Shown here: positions 41,524-55,300 of the stretch, in pieces | Position numbering within the stretch: the stretch's first letter is position 1 | How the letters are laid out: each line of letters begins with the position of its first letter | DNA from: Laetmonice hystrix | Taxonomy: Eukaryota | Reading direction: 5' to 3' | DNA: 64,000 nt | NCBI GenBank assembly: GCA_965235115.1 | Contig: OZ249438.1 | Span: 26,102,001 to 26,166,000, forward strand | Translations under genes and position numbers: made by a program | Notes under the pieces: model-generated | Told to the model about the DNA's origin: nothing | Databases searched by the model: none | What the model saw: the letters and a program-made list of their open reading frames with translations, nothing else

Positions 41524-43880
41524 TACATATAGATAAATAGCCGATGTATTATTTAGTTATCGTCGGTTATCGTGGGAAATATTCCTAATTAATACCCTTT
41601 CCCCGGCTTCACATTTCTCATGCGATATAACTTGTGGATCCATGCAGTTATCCAATTCCATGATGACATCTATCTTGCCTGCATGTATATATGCCTAATG
41701 GTAGTACAACCATGTTATACAGATTCCATTTATATACCATCCAGTAAGAAGTCCGTAAATTATACACGATACTCACCTTAGCCTGCACTTTGTCAGCATT
41801 TCCGACAGAGAAACATCTTAGTCTATAGTTCTCGCTGCAATGAGGGATTGCTGAACCGTATACCGGAGAAGTTGTTGGCATTTATGTGCAGACCATGCAA
41901 CACGCCGCCTCCCCAACCCCCACATCGAGGGCGGTATATAGTCTGTCCTCGTAATTCGATTTACTGGATTCAATATACCCCAGGCCCGTATAGCCAGCCT
42001 TCCAGGTGTGTGTGTGTGGGGGGGGGGGGGGGTCTTGACTTCGATGGGCGGAACAGGGTATGGTTGGGCGGTCTAGGATGGGATAGATCTAATCCGTTAA
42101 TTCAGGTATGCCAGTCATGAATCCACATTTCAGTGGAATATCAAATTTATTTTATTTCCAGACACATACATAGGCGCTCGAAGATAGTCACAGGTGCACT
42201 GGGGGACAAAGAACAAATCATAGGGCCCAAGTTTCACGATTTGAAATGCTGGTGATGCGAGCGCCGAAGGCGCGAAGCCTCGAGAGTGGGGTCTGGGGGC
42301 CCTCCCCCTGAAAAATTTGAAAATTAAAGTGCCAAATATGCGTTTTGGCATCTGGGAACAAAATCTAAGCCCTCTGACGGTCTGACTATCTCCTGCCACC
42401 TTGAGCTGGGGGGGGGGGGGGGCAAAACTATATGGTTGCCCCTGCCCCCCGGTTCCGGCGCCTATGAGACAGTGTGGAATCAAGCGGCTGATATCCAACA
42501 ACACTGAAAATGAAAATTAATGGTCTATAGGTCCTTAAATAGGACCAGAGCCTATCACCTAAAGGGTGGAACAAAATCTTAGGGATGGGCAATATGGGGG
42601 GGGGGGGGTGCGACCCCCCCCCCCCCCGACTACGGGCCTGAATACCCAATGACCTGACACTATCCTAGGACGCAGGGCTATTTGCTTATTTATCAGCATC
42701 ATAGCGGCTTAATTAGCGCCTTGCGAGTCTGGGAGTGACGTCGGCATAATTTAAATCAATGATGACATAGGATCTCACAGCTGTCTTTGTGATTGGAGCT
42801 CTACAGAGAAGATGAAGAGAATGGTATATGGTATACACCATAATACCACTTGACAGGCGGCGGCAAAGGGAAGCAGGGCATTAGAAAAAAACAACAGATT
42901 TGACTTTTTCCTTGGCTTACAATTTATCTATTTCTTCGGAGTTTTGCTCATATCATATAGCCTATTTATATACCTGACAGAAGTTCTGAATGACAACAAC
43001 CCAAAGACAAGAAATTATCACAGTATATATACACTGATTTATTCAGTGAAAATGAATTTAACATTTGAGTTTATCAATAAAATATAATTTGCAACCAGCT
43101 GCTGTCCTAACAATAAGGATAAGAAGGACGTGCAGATTAGTGTAACAAATTAATGACAATTTATACATTCTTTGGGATTCACTTTGATCACACCTAGCCT
43201 AACCAAATCGGTTAGCTATGTGCTCTTTATTGAGGCTTAATATTATTGTACATCTACAGCGAGACCTTGTGACGGTTTATCACATCTGATGTTCTGCTAG
43301 AAGTCAATTCTTCCAATGTCATTGACTGTGCAACAACAAACCTCCGACACACCGATCAAAAATTCACTAGTATACCTTATTAGTGAGTCGGGAATATTCA
43401 TGTGGAAGTATTATGTCAGTAAGGAGATACCGGTGTATACCCCGTATACATATATTGCCCATTTCTTCAGGGACATACATAACGTGTTCAGGTATAAGGG
43501 ATTCTCAGCATGTTAGAAACCACTGTAGTCACTCTCATTCATTAACTAAACCATGATGATCCACTCTCAGGGTGGGACTTATTTTACCACATGTGGTTAT
43601 GGAAGTACAATTTGTAGTGTATTGTTTGGGACAGTATTTCAATTTGCAAATTGCTGCACCAGAATCCCGTGGGTCGTCAAATGATTGTTTTTCACTGTAT
43701 GCTGGTGCACTTAGTGACTGTAACATTAACTTAGGAATTACCAACTTACAAGGATGAAAAAGGACAGAAACATCTATCTCATCCGAGGATAGGTCATTTA
43801 AATGTATGACTTTCGATGAAGACCGTGGAACACCTTGACTAGTTTAAGTTGTTGATGTAGCCGGGAGATCTTTCCTTTGG

Positions 43881-45828
43881 CTAGTCGTTCTTGGCCTTGA
43901 ATTGGTCAAACCACAACAGGGCAAACATCATTCCAACTGGCTTGTTGTTATTTTCGTCCATGGCAAACTTAAGGCTGTCCTTCACTGGGATTTCAACCAC
44001 CTCGATGAGTTCTCCCTCTCTGGGGTTCCCGCCGCCTGGACCAGTTTTCATGGCATCCGTGACAGCAACATAGTACATTGTCTGTTGTGATCCAGACACC
44101 CCAACTCCAGACCTGTCAAATGCAGCAGTAATCTTTATCATGATCATGCTTGTATTTAATACTGTTCACTTACTGTTCACTTTTTATCTTTCAGGAAGTC
44201 GCAATATACCTGTACTCTCTATCCTGTAAATATAATGTTGGAAGAAGAAAAAAAGGGGAGGGGGTCGAATTGCTGTGATACCGTACTCAATAATTCTTGT
44301 ATAAGAAATTTGATGTTTTATGGTTGTACTTAAAAGAAATGTAGGGAAGTATGGTAATGTAATACCTGAAAGAAGTAATCTTCTCTATACTGTCCAGGGG
44401 GACCTTGTAACCTGTCTCTTCCAAAACCTCCTCTTGTGCTATTTGGTTATTGGGGACATCCTTGTCTACAATACCAGCACATAATTCGTGGGTGATTCCA
44501 AGTGATCCTGGGAACTTATCAGGGTCGATTCTTCCTGTTCCATCATCAGAGTGGTTTATCTCAGCAATGTTGATAAATACAGCTGCAAAATTGATGTGCA
44601 ATGAATTTAAGGAAAATGTGGTACTAAATTCACAACCTTTCTTCAGGAGGGGGTTGATAATTTTTAAAAATCAATTTAAATCTGAACAAGACGCTGTTCT
44701 AACACTTTTCGTGACACCCACACTATTAGCTTTCATTGTTTCTTTTAAATTTCTAGTAGTATATAGAAGATTTTAATTGTTGCTTCCTTATGAAAGTCAG
44801 TCCATCAATATAGTGGTGGAAAACATATTAAAATTGACGCACCAGGACGAAACTGTTTCACATAGACGAAGACATCCCTGGAAATGTTGTGAATCAAGAT
44901 TGCTACGCTGAAATAAAAGACACTTATAACCTTTAGGCCTACATTAAAGATAACACAACAATTAGCAGGGTTTCCGCCAGAGGGTAAAATGGGTAAAATT
45001 CCGTACCCTAAAATTTTTCCAGGGTACAGATCCGTACCCTTAAAATCGTTGGGTAACCATTTTTCCATGAAGTGATAAAAACCTCCTGATGATGCCTTGA
45101 GCAACTTGAAGGAATCAAATATAATGTTGTACAGTACAGTATATGCAGTTTTTATTTGATTAATTCACATATTTGTAACAGCACTTAGGGTTAGGGTTAG
45201 GCTAACCCTAACCCCCCCCCCCCCCCCCTGGTCCGTACCCTAATTTTTTTTCTGGCAGAAACCCTGATTAGATTTAGAGATTCCAACTGCCTGGAATCAA
45301 TTTTAAAGAATGAAAATGGATAAAACATATCGTATACTAGACTGAAGCGAGGTTTATAATAAGCTATTCAGCTGTCAAGTGTTACTAAATTCCTTTTTTC
45401 CTACCTATCATGAACTTTCATTGCATCCCAAGCTTTCTGTTTACCATTCTGAAAAAGAAATGCCATGATCATAGGCCATGCACATACATTTTTGGGACTA
45501 GGTTAAATTATTATTTGGCTATAGGCCTAGGCTGCTACTGCTGTAGAATGGGCCTATTATAGTAATTAATTTTACTCTAATGTGAAGCCTGTATAATAGC
45601 CTGCCAGGTATAGGTCCTATCGGCATCTAAGCCTATGACTAGACTCCTATCTGTGACATTTTTTTTAATGTAAGTTATTAGTTATCACACATCATTATAT
45701 TAGGCCTATTTATTAGTACCGTAACATATACATCAAGTGTTTCCTACCTGAGTATAAAACACTCGATGTGGTTTTATATACTTCGATTCAGTTATTGGTT
45801 TGATTGTTATATCACGTATATTTTCCAT
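43881..45828 (-). CDS. NUDT14: UDP-sugar diphosphatase (Nudix hydrolase 14), 212 aa
   Basis: Exons 45828-45748, 45448-45405, 44907-44843, 44582-44366, 44112-43881(TAG), phase-consistent. Motifs NGKQKAWDAMKVHDSV, VKQFRPAV, ELCAGIVD..AQEEVLEETGY (Nudix box), SGVGVSGSQQTMYY, PGGG..EGELIEVV. Confidence 0.95.
44966..45266. mobile_element. MITE with CAGGGTTTCCGCCAGA / TCTGGCAGAAACCCTG termini and 5-bp TSD (ATTAG)
   Basis: ATTAG at 44961-44965 and 45267-45271; subterminal CCGTACCCT repeats. Confidence 0.8.
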
Positions 45829-46301
45829 GGTGAACTCTGTGGAGCTTGAAACTGGGGATCAGACTCAGGATCGAAATGCTTTAGCCAGTTTAGGCCTACA
45901 CCTATCTTCAATAGGCCTAATCAGCCAACCTCCGGTAGTAGGCCTACTCGCACAGGTCTCTTGTACTGAGTTGCGGCGGTGTACCTTGCCTCAGCCTCCT
46001 AGCGGCAACCGACACAACTCCTACACCATCAGAATCAAACACTGTCTCAGCTGAGCGACCGTGTCCCACACAGCCCGTCTAAAATCAATGCTATACTTAG
46101 TTAACTGGTCTATAATTTCATCATATGAATGTGAACTGAATAGGGTAACGTTTAATACCTACAGGTATAGAACAGAATAGAAGCTCGTCTCAGGAAGACA
46201 GTCCACCTAGCAATTTTGCTTTTATTCTCAACAGGTGGCAGTGTTGTCGGAGCAGCTGGCCAATCCCCTTCGACCTCCACACGGGCGACTGAAGCTTCAA
46301 G
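45829..46301. promoter_or_regulatory. Probable bidirectional promoter and 5' UTRs shared by NUDT14 and UBR1/2
   Basis: Divergent start codons are only 473 bp apart. A strong acceptor (TTTTATTCTCAACAG, ending 46234) implies a further UBR 5' UTR exon inside this gap. Confidence 0.6.
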
Positions 46302-49300
46302 ATGGCAGGCAATCCCAGCAGTTTGTTAGCTGGACTTACACAGGCTGTCGCAGAATTCAATGCGGAAGCCGTCCAAAAGGTAAAGACCATCGATTGTTAG
46401 TAGTTGTGTCTATGTCTGCTACGGTAGGCGATAGATTTTGTTTACAGGACGGGTTTAAACCGCGTAGGAGTGAACGGAAGATCAACCGTATAGCTCGGGC
46501 AATGACGTCGCTGTATTGGTATTGTTTTGGCCGGTCCAATGTCCTGATGATCGCCATTTATTTTTGGCCCCCATACTATTAGTATTAGCCTAGTATTCAC
46601 AGGCACAGATGCTGCAGGTGTGCAGCAGAAGCTAGAGATGAAGACCACGATGAAGTATTAAGGCTCTAGATGACATCATTATCATGTACTGGGGTGGTTT
46701 GCCGTCATAGATTCATAGAGAAAGTAGATCTATCTAGAGTGACTAGACAGTAAGTAACAAAACAAGGCCAAGCCCAAGGGGGGTGAGAACCCGCTCCCCC
46801 CCCCCCCCTCACATGAACTTGATGAAGAAAATAAAAAGTCTAAGAAATAAAAATGTGAGCTAATGAAAATATGTCCTACGAGACTTTGCCATACCTTTTG
46901 TAATGATGATATCCCCTCTTGTGTGGGAATTGGCCTAGTTTAGAAAAACTACTGAAAGCTGAATAATAGTAAATAACATCTTTTTTAAGGCAGCGCCAGT
47001 AGAATTGATATTTAGCCCTATTTATATATATATATTTTTTATTAATTTTGGATGGAGGGCTTTGCTTTTCATATCTGACTATCTGTAGATTAAAGCTATG
47101 CACTAGGACTTGCAAAAGAGACCTTGTTCAAGTTGTTTGTTGGCTCATGAGGGGGTGATCATTACAACCTTCATGACCCTCCCCCCCCCCCCCGCCCCAA
47201 GGGCCTGGGTACATCGCCCATGAAACCCATGAAATTTGGTCCAAAGTAAAGATCCATTGCCTTGACCTTACCCCTAACCCCCATCCCTACACCTCTTCAA
47301 AACATATCCCTATCCTAATCCCTATCCCTGACCTTAATCTGAACCCCTGCCCAAAAGTGTTGGAGGGAAGTTACCCGGGCTGGGTATGGGCTAGCAGGTG
47401 GACCTTTAAATACATAACACACCCATAATAATGGGACAAGACAAGAATACTATATTAAAGGTAATCGATCACCCTAGAGCCGCCATGTTTTGTTGGAGCG
47501 GTGACCCCATGTCCTACGACTCTGCGTATTTTAAGCTTACCTGATCTTGAATCCATCCCACTGGACTGATAAAACATTCTGTCGTAATCGTAACATTGTT
47601 GTGGTAGGTCTGTTGTTGATTATGAGCCATAATGATGCGATACATCCCATTTTTTCATCTCAATGGACTGAGAACCTAGAACACTGTAGCTCTGCGAGGC
47701 TAACGGTAATGGCGCTCGTTACTATAGCAACAGGATTGGGCCTATGCACTGTCTCGCACTGCTCTGCCTGTCCTTCCCCTATAATCCAAATAAGAGCATG
47801 ATTTGATTCGCATGCTCTCGTCTCTAGCCAAATAGGTAAACGCTTAATTAATTAATTAAAAATATTGTCGATATGGACGTGCCATGGTACCAGACTGCTA
47901 GAAACCCCTTAAAATAATTGTTTTTACTCAAGTTTTGTTGAATTGACGGCGTTTATTTCAATTTTCGGACAGATTTCCTTTAACTTTTAAAGCATCATCT
48001 TTGACATGTTTCTTAGACTTCTGCCTTACACTTTCAGGATTTTCTAGCTGCTTATGCAAGAGGTGAATTGGAGGCCGTGTTACACAATCACTGGAGCCAG
48101 TATGTTCCTGCTGTCTACTTACCTGCTGTTGAACCAGATCCAGGGAGGGAGGAACGTAAAGCACGGCGTGTGTTGTTTCGGCCACTGGAATCTTTCCTCT
48201 GTGGAGGTTCACAAGAACCAGACACAATCCTCCGGTCATTGAAAGATAAAGACCACCCACCACAGCTCTGTGGGCATGTGTTTAAAACGGGTGAGCCGAC
48301 ATACTCGTGTCGGGAGTGTGGACTTGACCCAACTTGTGTGCTGTGTGTACAGTGTTTCCAACACAGTGCCCATCGCCATCACAGATATAAGGTGAGCGGG
48401 ATTCTTTATCGGGCAAAATCATGCCCACACAGTTTTGAAACTATACCAGTCGAAATTATGGGGCGCTGGGTGCCAATTTATGGCATAACGGCCAAACACT
48501 GCTTCCGTGAAGGGATGAAATAAGCAGCCCTGGGCACAATTATTTGCTTCTGTCAATACTTTGCTCAAAACAATCCAACCTCACACTAGCCCCACAGTGA
48601 AGTCATGGCTGGTGTTTGAGGAGAGGCCGGGCATCATTGTGGCCAAGGCAAGGCATATGACACCCAGTCTGATACACAGGCTCACTGTCTACACTTGCCA
48701 TTTTTATGAATGGCTCCTAAGTCCTAACACCTTTTAACACATTAGAAATGGGTAAAATGATTTTTACATCAAAAGGAGAATGTTGAGAAGGGGTGGCCTA
48801 GTACAGGGATTTAGCTAGAGCGCGCCCACGCGCCATTGGCGCAAAATATTAACCAAATGTCCCCTTATTATTGCTTAGCTGCATCATAATGTCCCGCCTT
48901 GGAGGGCCGACCAAGAGAGAGGCATGCCAATGCTGCCACCTAGTGTGAATAAAAAAGCGCCATCTAACGTTATAGCTTTCACCTTCCCGCCCTAAAGACA
49001 GTGCTGTATGGGTTGACTCGTTTGTGAACACCAGGACTGTAGTACAGTGGTGCCCCTGTTAAAGCGACCACATTTCCACTGCATTAACCACTTCACACTA
49101 CAATTCCACCCTTAGGTCCTATAAGCGACCACCCGGCACTAACGACCAGCATATCCCTGCATCAACTCCACTGGTCACCCCTTATCAGCGACCAGCTTAG
49201 AATCAGCCGTGGCTAGTCGTCATAACACTGTTGTCTCCCCATGCCCGCCTGCCTGGCATCCTGCCGACCCAACACCCCCCCCCTCCCACCCACCCACTTC

Positions 49301-52300
49301 CATGCCACCATGGCCGGCCACGTGTCTCACCTTGCCCGCCCGACTTCCATCACACGGCCCCACCACGGCTGCTAGGCCCAGTCTCTCACCTTCCCCGCCA
49401 GGCTTCCATGACACATTAAGCTAACAGTTTTGCTCCCCCTCCTAGGCCTACTACCATGCCTGTTGAAAAAACGGTATGCTGAAAGAAGACTCTAGAAAAG
49501 CCGTAAATGAAATGAAACAGACAAGACTTAGTCTTTCTTAAAATAAAATTAAATATTTTTTGTCTCTCTGAACTGAAACTGTGTCATGTTGTCATGTGGG
49601 GGGTTATTTGGCAAGAATAACTCCATACGTGTCCCCCCTTTGCCCCCTCCCTCTAACTGGGATGTCGCCACCTAGTGTTAACTGTGTGTAGTTATCTCAC
49701 ATGTAGCCACCTGGTAGTAACCATGTGTACTTAACGACCTCCTTTAGGCGACCACCCACCACTAGCAACCACTTTCTCTCTGCAGCAGGGGTGGTCGCTT
49801 ATGAGGGGGACCACTGTAAAATATTAGGAACATGATAACAAGAACAACACATTATACAGTATTAGGCAAAACAGCAGTTGCCAGTGCTCCTCGTCAAGTG
49901 ACTCAGTTGTCCCCCAAATATTGAAAATGTCCCCTAGTTTTCTGGGCAGCGGGACATGGTGTCCCTCTTTTTCAAAATCCTGGCTTAATCCCTGCTAGTA
50001 CAAAGCTACTTTGGAGAATTGCTCCTGTAACCAGGCAGACTACTTCCATGAGACTTTGTGGAAGCTATAATTTACGGAAGATATTTTTTGCTTCCGTGGG
50101 AAAATCCTTAATTTCAACCCCTGTGATAGACATAGTAGACTTAGACTAGTAAGTGAGTGGACACTTTTAGTTTTAGTGTGCTGTAAAGTGTAACAAGACG
50201 TGCAGTCCAAAGAAATCCTGGCTGTGTGCCTGTATACTGTAATTTGTAAACTAAGTTAATAGTTGACAGGTTTTTCCTATGTACAGTAAACATTGTAGAT
50301 TGCAATGACTAATTCCACGACAAAAATGTAGGCTTCATTTGTAAAAGATGCATGATGAATTTACTCTTTTAGATGAGCACTTCAGGAGGTGGGGGCTACT
50401 GTGATTGTGGTGACGTTGAAGCATGGAAGTCAGAACCCTTCTGTGATATCCACAAACGGGGTCTAGCAAAGAAAGATCAGGGACACAAGGTGAGAATAAC
50501 TAATACTGGGTCATTGGTGTGTCTAAATCCTTATAACTTGTAGTCTGTATTGACTTGTCAACCTTGCCTCCTGTTTACAGCCAAGGCTTTGGGTAATCAA
50601 GGTTAATATATTGTACATGACTTCCCATGGACTTGTTGTCCCTGCTTACCCTGAGGCTTCTAATCTTTTACTTGTATATGAAACCAAATCCCTTCTGCTT
50701 CCTCCATTTTAAAAGGCTTGTACAAAAACATATCTGTTGCTATTATGGTGATATCGCCATACAAAATGGTAGAGCTCTAACTAAGTTGAAGTATATTGGG
50801 CAAAATAATTTCTTATTGTAAACCCACTTTCACAGCAATTTTGCAATCACTGTTTTTCTAAATTTGCCAGGTAGAGACGGAACCTGCCAGTGCAACCCAT
50901 TGATGTATCTTTTTTTCTTTACCTAATATGAGCAGGATCCTTTAAGTAAACTGTCGGTGGATATGAGGAAGAGGGCGCACGATATGTTTTTAATCACCAT
51001 CAGATATGCAGTAAACATGCTAACATGGCCCCATTCTGACCATCTACCATCAAGCCTGCAGCCTGCAAATGTCAACAACACATATGCAACCATGTTGTTC
51101 AATGATGAAGTTCACACCTATGAACAGGTTAGTGGATGGTGTGACACTGACGACACTGAGAGGCTGACCAGCAGTACACGATGATTATTATCAGTTGGAT
51201 CGAGTATAATTTGTCGTTACACTAGCAAACCCGTTAATGAATCGCATCAGTACTTACTCTTAGTGAGTCATATATGGCTAAGTGGAACAAGCAGTTCAGT
51301 TTGAATTATGAAAAAGTGATGATTTATTGCAATGTTATTTTTAGGTAATTATGTCTTTGGAACGAGCTATAGATTGCACACACAAAGATGCAGTGGACTT
51401 TGCTACAACTGTTGATAGAGAGGTGTGTAAATTAAAGATATTGTTAACATATTTTAGGCGACTGTGAATTGTAGTTTATGTAAGCCTACTCGGTAATGCC
51501 ATGTAGATAACAGTGAACCATTCTATAGACTTTCTTTGTGGACATAAAAATTCTTTCAGCTTTTCCATTTGAAAAAAAGACTTCTAGAATTCAACTTCTA
51601 CAACATTAGTCTTTTACATCAGGTATTTAAAAGAAACATTCTAGTACAGATTGTTTTTTGTTTAATTTGCCAAAGCAATATTGATTTGTGTAACATACTA
51701 GGTTATTGGTTATCTGTATGTGTAAAAGCTTGCAAACTGAGGGGTAATTATTCTTTACAATCGTTTACTTTTAGGGTCGCTGCTCAGTAAAGAATGGAAC
51801 ATTCAATGAGTGTGAAAAGGCTAGAAATTTAATGGAGGTATGTTGACTTATAAAACTATTGGCTTGCCTGCTTATGAATATTCTCTTAATAAAAAAAGAA
51901 GATCTGGAAATATGTAGTTGTATTTTAATACAAAACTTTCAAACTCTTGGTATTTGGACTGCTGTGTAAAATCTGTACTTGGGGAATAAAGCAATGCTGA
52001 ATAGTGACTTTTGACTTGTTGCAGAGAAGTACCTCCCGCCATGGTGGAAAGCCATTGAAAGTGGTAGTCATGCACACATCAGTGGTTGCACATCAGACTT
52101 TTGCACAAAAGATGTTGGCTTGGCTTCAGCACATTATGACATACTCAGGTAGGTCAAATCAAAAGTTTGTAACTGATGCATGACCAACCATGCAGTTTTT
52201 ATCTCCAAGCTCCTCTTTGAACATTCACACTGGCTTTTAAGAAAGATGAGACAAAAGTCACTGGTCTTGGTGGCTTGAAGTTGCTGTAAACTTGTGTAAC

Positions 52301-55300
52301 TTTCTGGTATAACTTAAATTCAGGAGCCTTGATTTCGTTAGTTTCCTATAAAGTGGAAATTACAGCAATGTCTTATTACTGAAGTCAATATGGTTTACAG
52401 GGTTCGTGCTTATGCCGTCCGATATACCAATTTACGCAATGAAATTGGGGGGGGGGGGGGCAAAAATGAAAAGCTGGTGCGTCCCATGTACGCATTGAAT
52501 GGACGTCATCAGTGCCACGGCTTTTTTGCTTGGCCTGGCCTGGTGGTAGCCAGGGTGGGCGGGGTTGTCCTGGGAGTCGGGCAGGACGGGTCAGGATGTC
52601 CTGGCAGTCGGGCATCATAGTTGAAAAGAATTTGTGATAGGATTACAGGGTTCGCAGACTCCTGGAAACTCCTGGAAAGTCCTGGAAAATCAAAAATCCG
52701 TTTTCCAGTACTGGAAAGTCCTGGAAAACCAGTCAGACTCCTGGAAACTCCTGGAAAAATCATAAAATGCTTTGGAACAACATAATGCTTGGGTTCAGTT
52801 TTGCTCTTTATTGCATTTAAAAATCACTGAAAAGTAATAAGTATTAGAACTTAAGTCCTGGAAAACTGCGATTTTATCCTGGAAAACTCCTGGAATTTTG
52901 GTTTCCTCTAACTCTACGAACCATGGATTAGGCAATCTCAAAAACGCTACGTTTGACAGAAACACCTGCCGAAACTGGTGACTCTAAACTAAAGTGGAAT
53001 CCTGGTTCAGTTTATTTTGGGACCCAATTTTTTCAACTGGGACCCCTTTTTTCTAAACACATGGGGTCCTGGGACCCCATTTTTCTAAACACATGGGGTC
53101 CTGGGACCCCATTTCTCAATGGCCTGGTGCCAACCCTGGTTTACTTTCCCTTGCAGATGGTCTTCGCCAGTTGTTTTGTCTACTTTCAATGACAAAGCAG
53201 GAGAATGAAGACATGTCGTTAGTTGAACGAGTGATGTTAGCGGATACTCAGCTATGGAAATGTAACTATTTTGGATGGTTTGCTTTTACAGAAGTTTTTA
53301 GTTAGGTTGGCAAATAAACAAACCTGATAATTGTGTTTACACCTGTTCTTTTTAAAAGTTTGACTTGTTGCATGCCATAAGCTTAAGTAGTTATTTAAAA
53401 GGCTTCTTGATTGGTTGAAAGTGGAGTAATCTGACTCGATGCATAGTATTTAGTAGGCCTAATAATATTTGTTTCTATGAATCTGGTATGAGGTATGAAG
53501 TTGGCACAGGTGTATGTACACATATTGACGATTTCTTGCCTATTTTTGCAGCTGCTAGGGTTCTGAGCCATCAGCTCTTCATGGCAGGGTAAGCATCAAA
53601 ATGAAAGTGATCTATAATGTGTAAATTAATATTAAGATATCAAATTTCCCTTCAGTTTAAAGAATGTAGTTCATACACTAATGCACACTAATAGTTTTAG
53701 AAATCGTTCGTATGAAATTCTAATTGATTGCAATGTTTGTTTTATGTTGTGATAGAGTTTTGATGGACCAGGAATGCAAGAAGCAGTTTGCTATCCTTTT
53801 CACAAAGGTAGGAGAGTTTGCAAAGACAGATAGTAATTTTAGGCATTTCCGATGTATTATTTATGGAGGTCAAAAGTCATCAGAGAGAAACATGTACTTG
53901 TTGATAACACAGTGAAGTTTCATGAGAATGAAGTATGTGATGTGAGAAGTAAAATATAAACATTGCAGTGATTTAAAGTTGGTAAAGCCAGTGTTATTGT
54001 ATGCAATAAGTATACTACTAACCTTTTAATTAATATAGAATCGTAAGTATTCTAGGTATTCAGCTCTAGATAAGGGCAAGAAGGCCACTGCACAAGAATC
54101 TAGAATCAATAATATTTTCTACTATCTCTGGTGAGCCGATGCTTAGTGGTAATCTTTTATGTTGGGGGCATGGCAATCAATGCTTCTTAGCATTTTAAGG
54201 TTTTCTGCAGGGCACCTGTTCAGCCAGTAGACCTCTCTTGGGATCATTATACAAAAAGAAGGCAACGTTTGGTGTGCCCCATGAGTTGAGCGAGTTCTTG
54301 CTGTAGCATCACATTAGGACTGTGGCATTGGTACCCACTGCTTTAAGGCCAACACACACACTGCGACTGCTTGCAACTTCTTGCGACGCGACCGTCGTGA
54401 CCCAGTTTTTGACCCCAGCTCATCTGCACAGGACGGAATGGAGTCTTGCGACGGTCGCAGAGGTTCTGGCATTGTCAGAACGTCTGCGACGGTCGCAGGC
54501 TGTTGCAGGCCACTCATTGCCATAGCGACGGACCGTCGTGCGACGAGTAATCGCAGTGTGTGTCTTGGCCTTTAGTCTGTGATGACCTTGTCATTCTTAA
54601 GATTTTTTTTCAGTGCACATCAACTCAATGGAGATTTATAAATAAGTCTTAATGTGTAGCTTTGGATTGGCATTGGTAGTGGCAATGTGATGTTTCCCAT
54701 CTACAGATCTATCACCGGCTCATGAGGAACTTTATAGATGATGACCATGATTACACAGTGTGTGCTGTCTCCGAGTCTGTGCAGATATACACTGTGCCCA
54801 CACTGGTAGGTTCCTTGCACGTTCTTCATTAACACAGACCAGGCAGTAACGTCGGTCCTCATTTTTATGTTTCTAGCACTACCCTGCTCTCATGACTGAC
54901 TTTATAAGGGATGACCATAGTCGGTCTGTCTCCATGACTAAGTGCTCAGTACAAATTTTCACCGTTCCATCGTTGGTAGGTCGATTTCAAGTCTTTATAT
55001 GTGAATGAAAAATTAGGAATATGGTTTGTGTTATGGTCATTGCACAGTGTAAGCGAAAGGTCGTCGGACTGTCGGACATTGATGACGAAAATCAGGAATG
55101 TCCGCCGTGTTTCATTTTAAAAACGGAGGCCAATTTGTCCTCCGTGGCTGCTGACATGCTGGCAGGGTGGCAGTAGGGAGGTTACCGGGGGGGATACCTC
55201 TGCCTGAGATTTCATATGATCTGAAGTTACCTTTTAACCTTTGTCAGCCCACGGACCTATTTTGTGATATTCTATAAGCCCCACATAGACCAGGCAAACA

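Noticed and set aside
41981-42640. Possible composite element CAGGCCCGTA..TACGGGCCTG containing a CATAGGCGC..GCGCCTATG MITE (42169-42466)
   Set aside because: TIRs are short and the flanking duplication is imperfect (6/7), so the boundaries are not secure enough to list.
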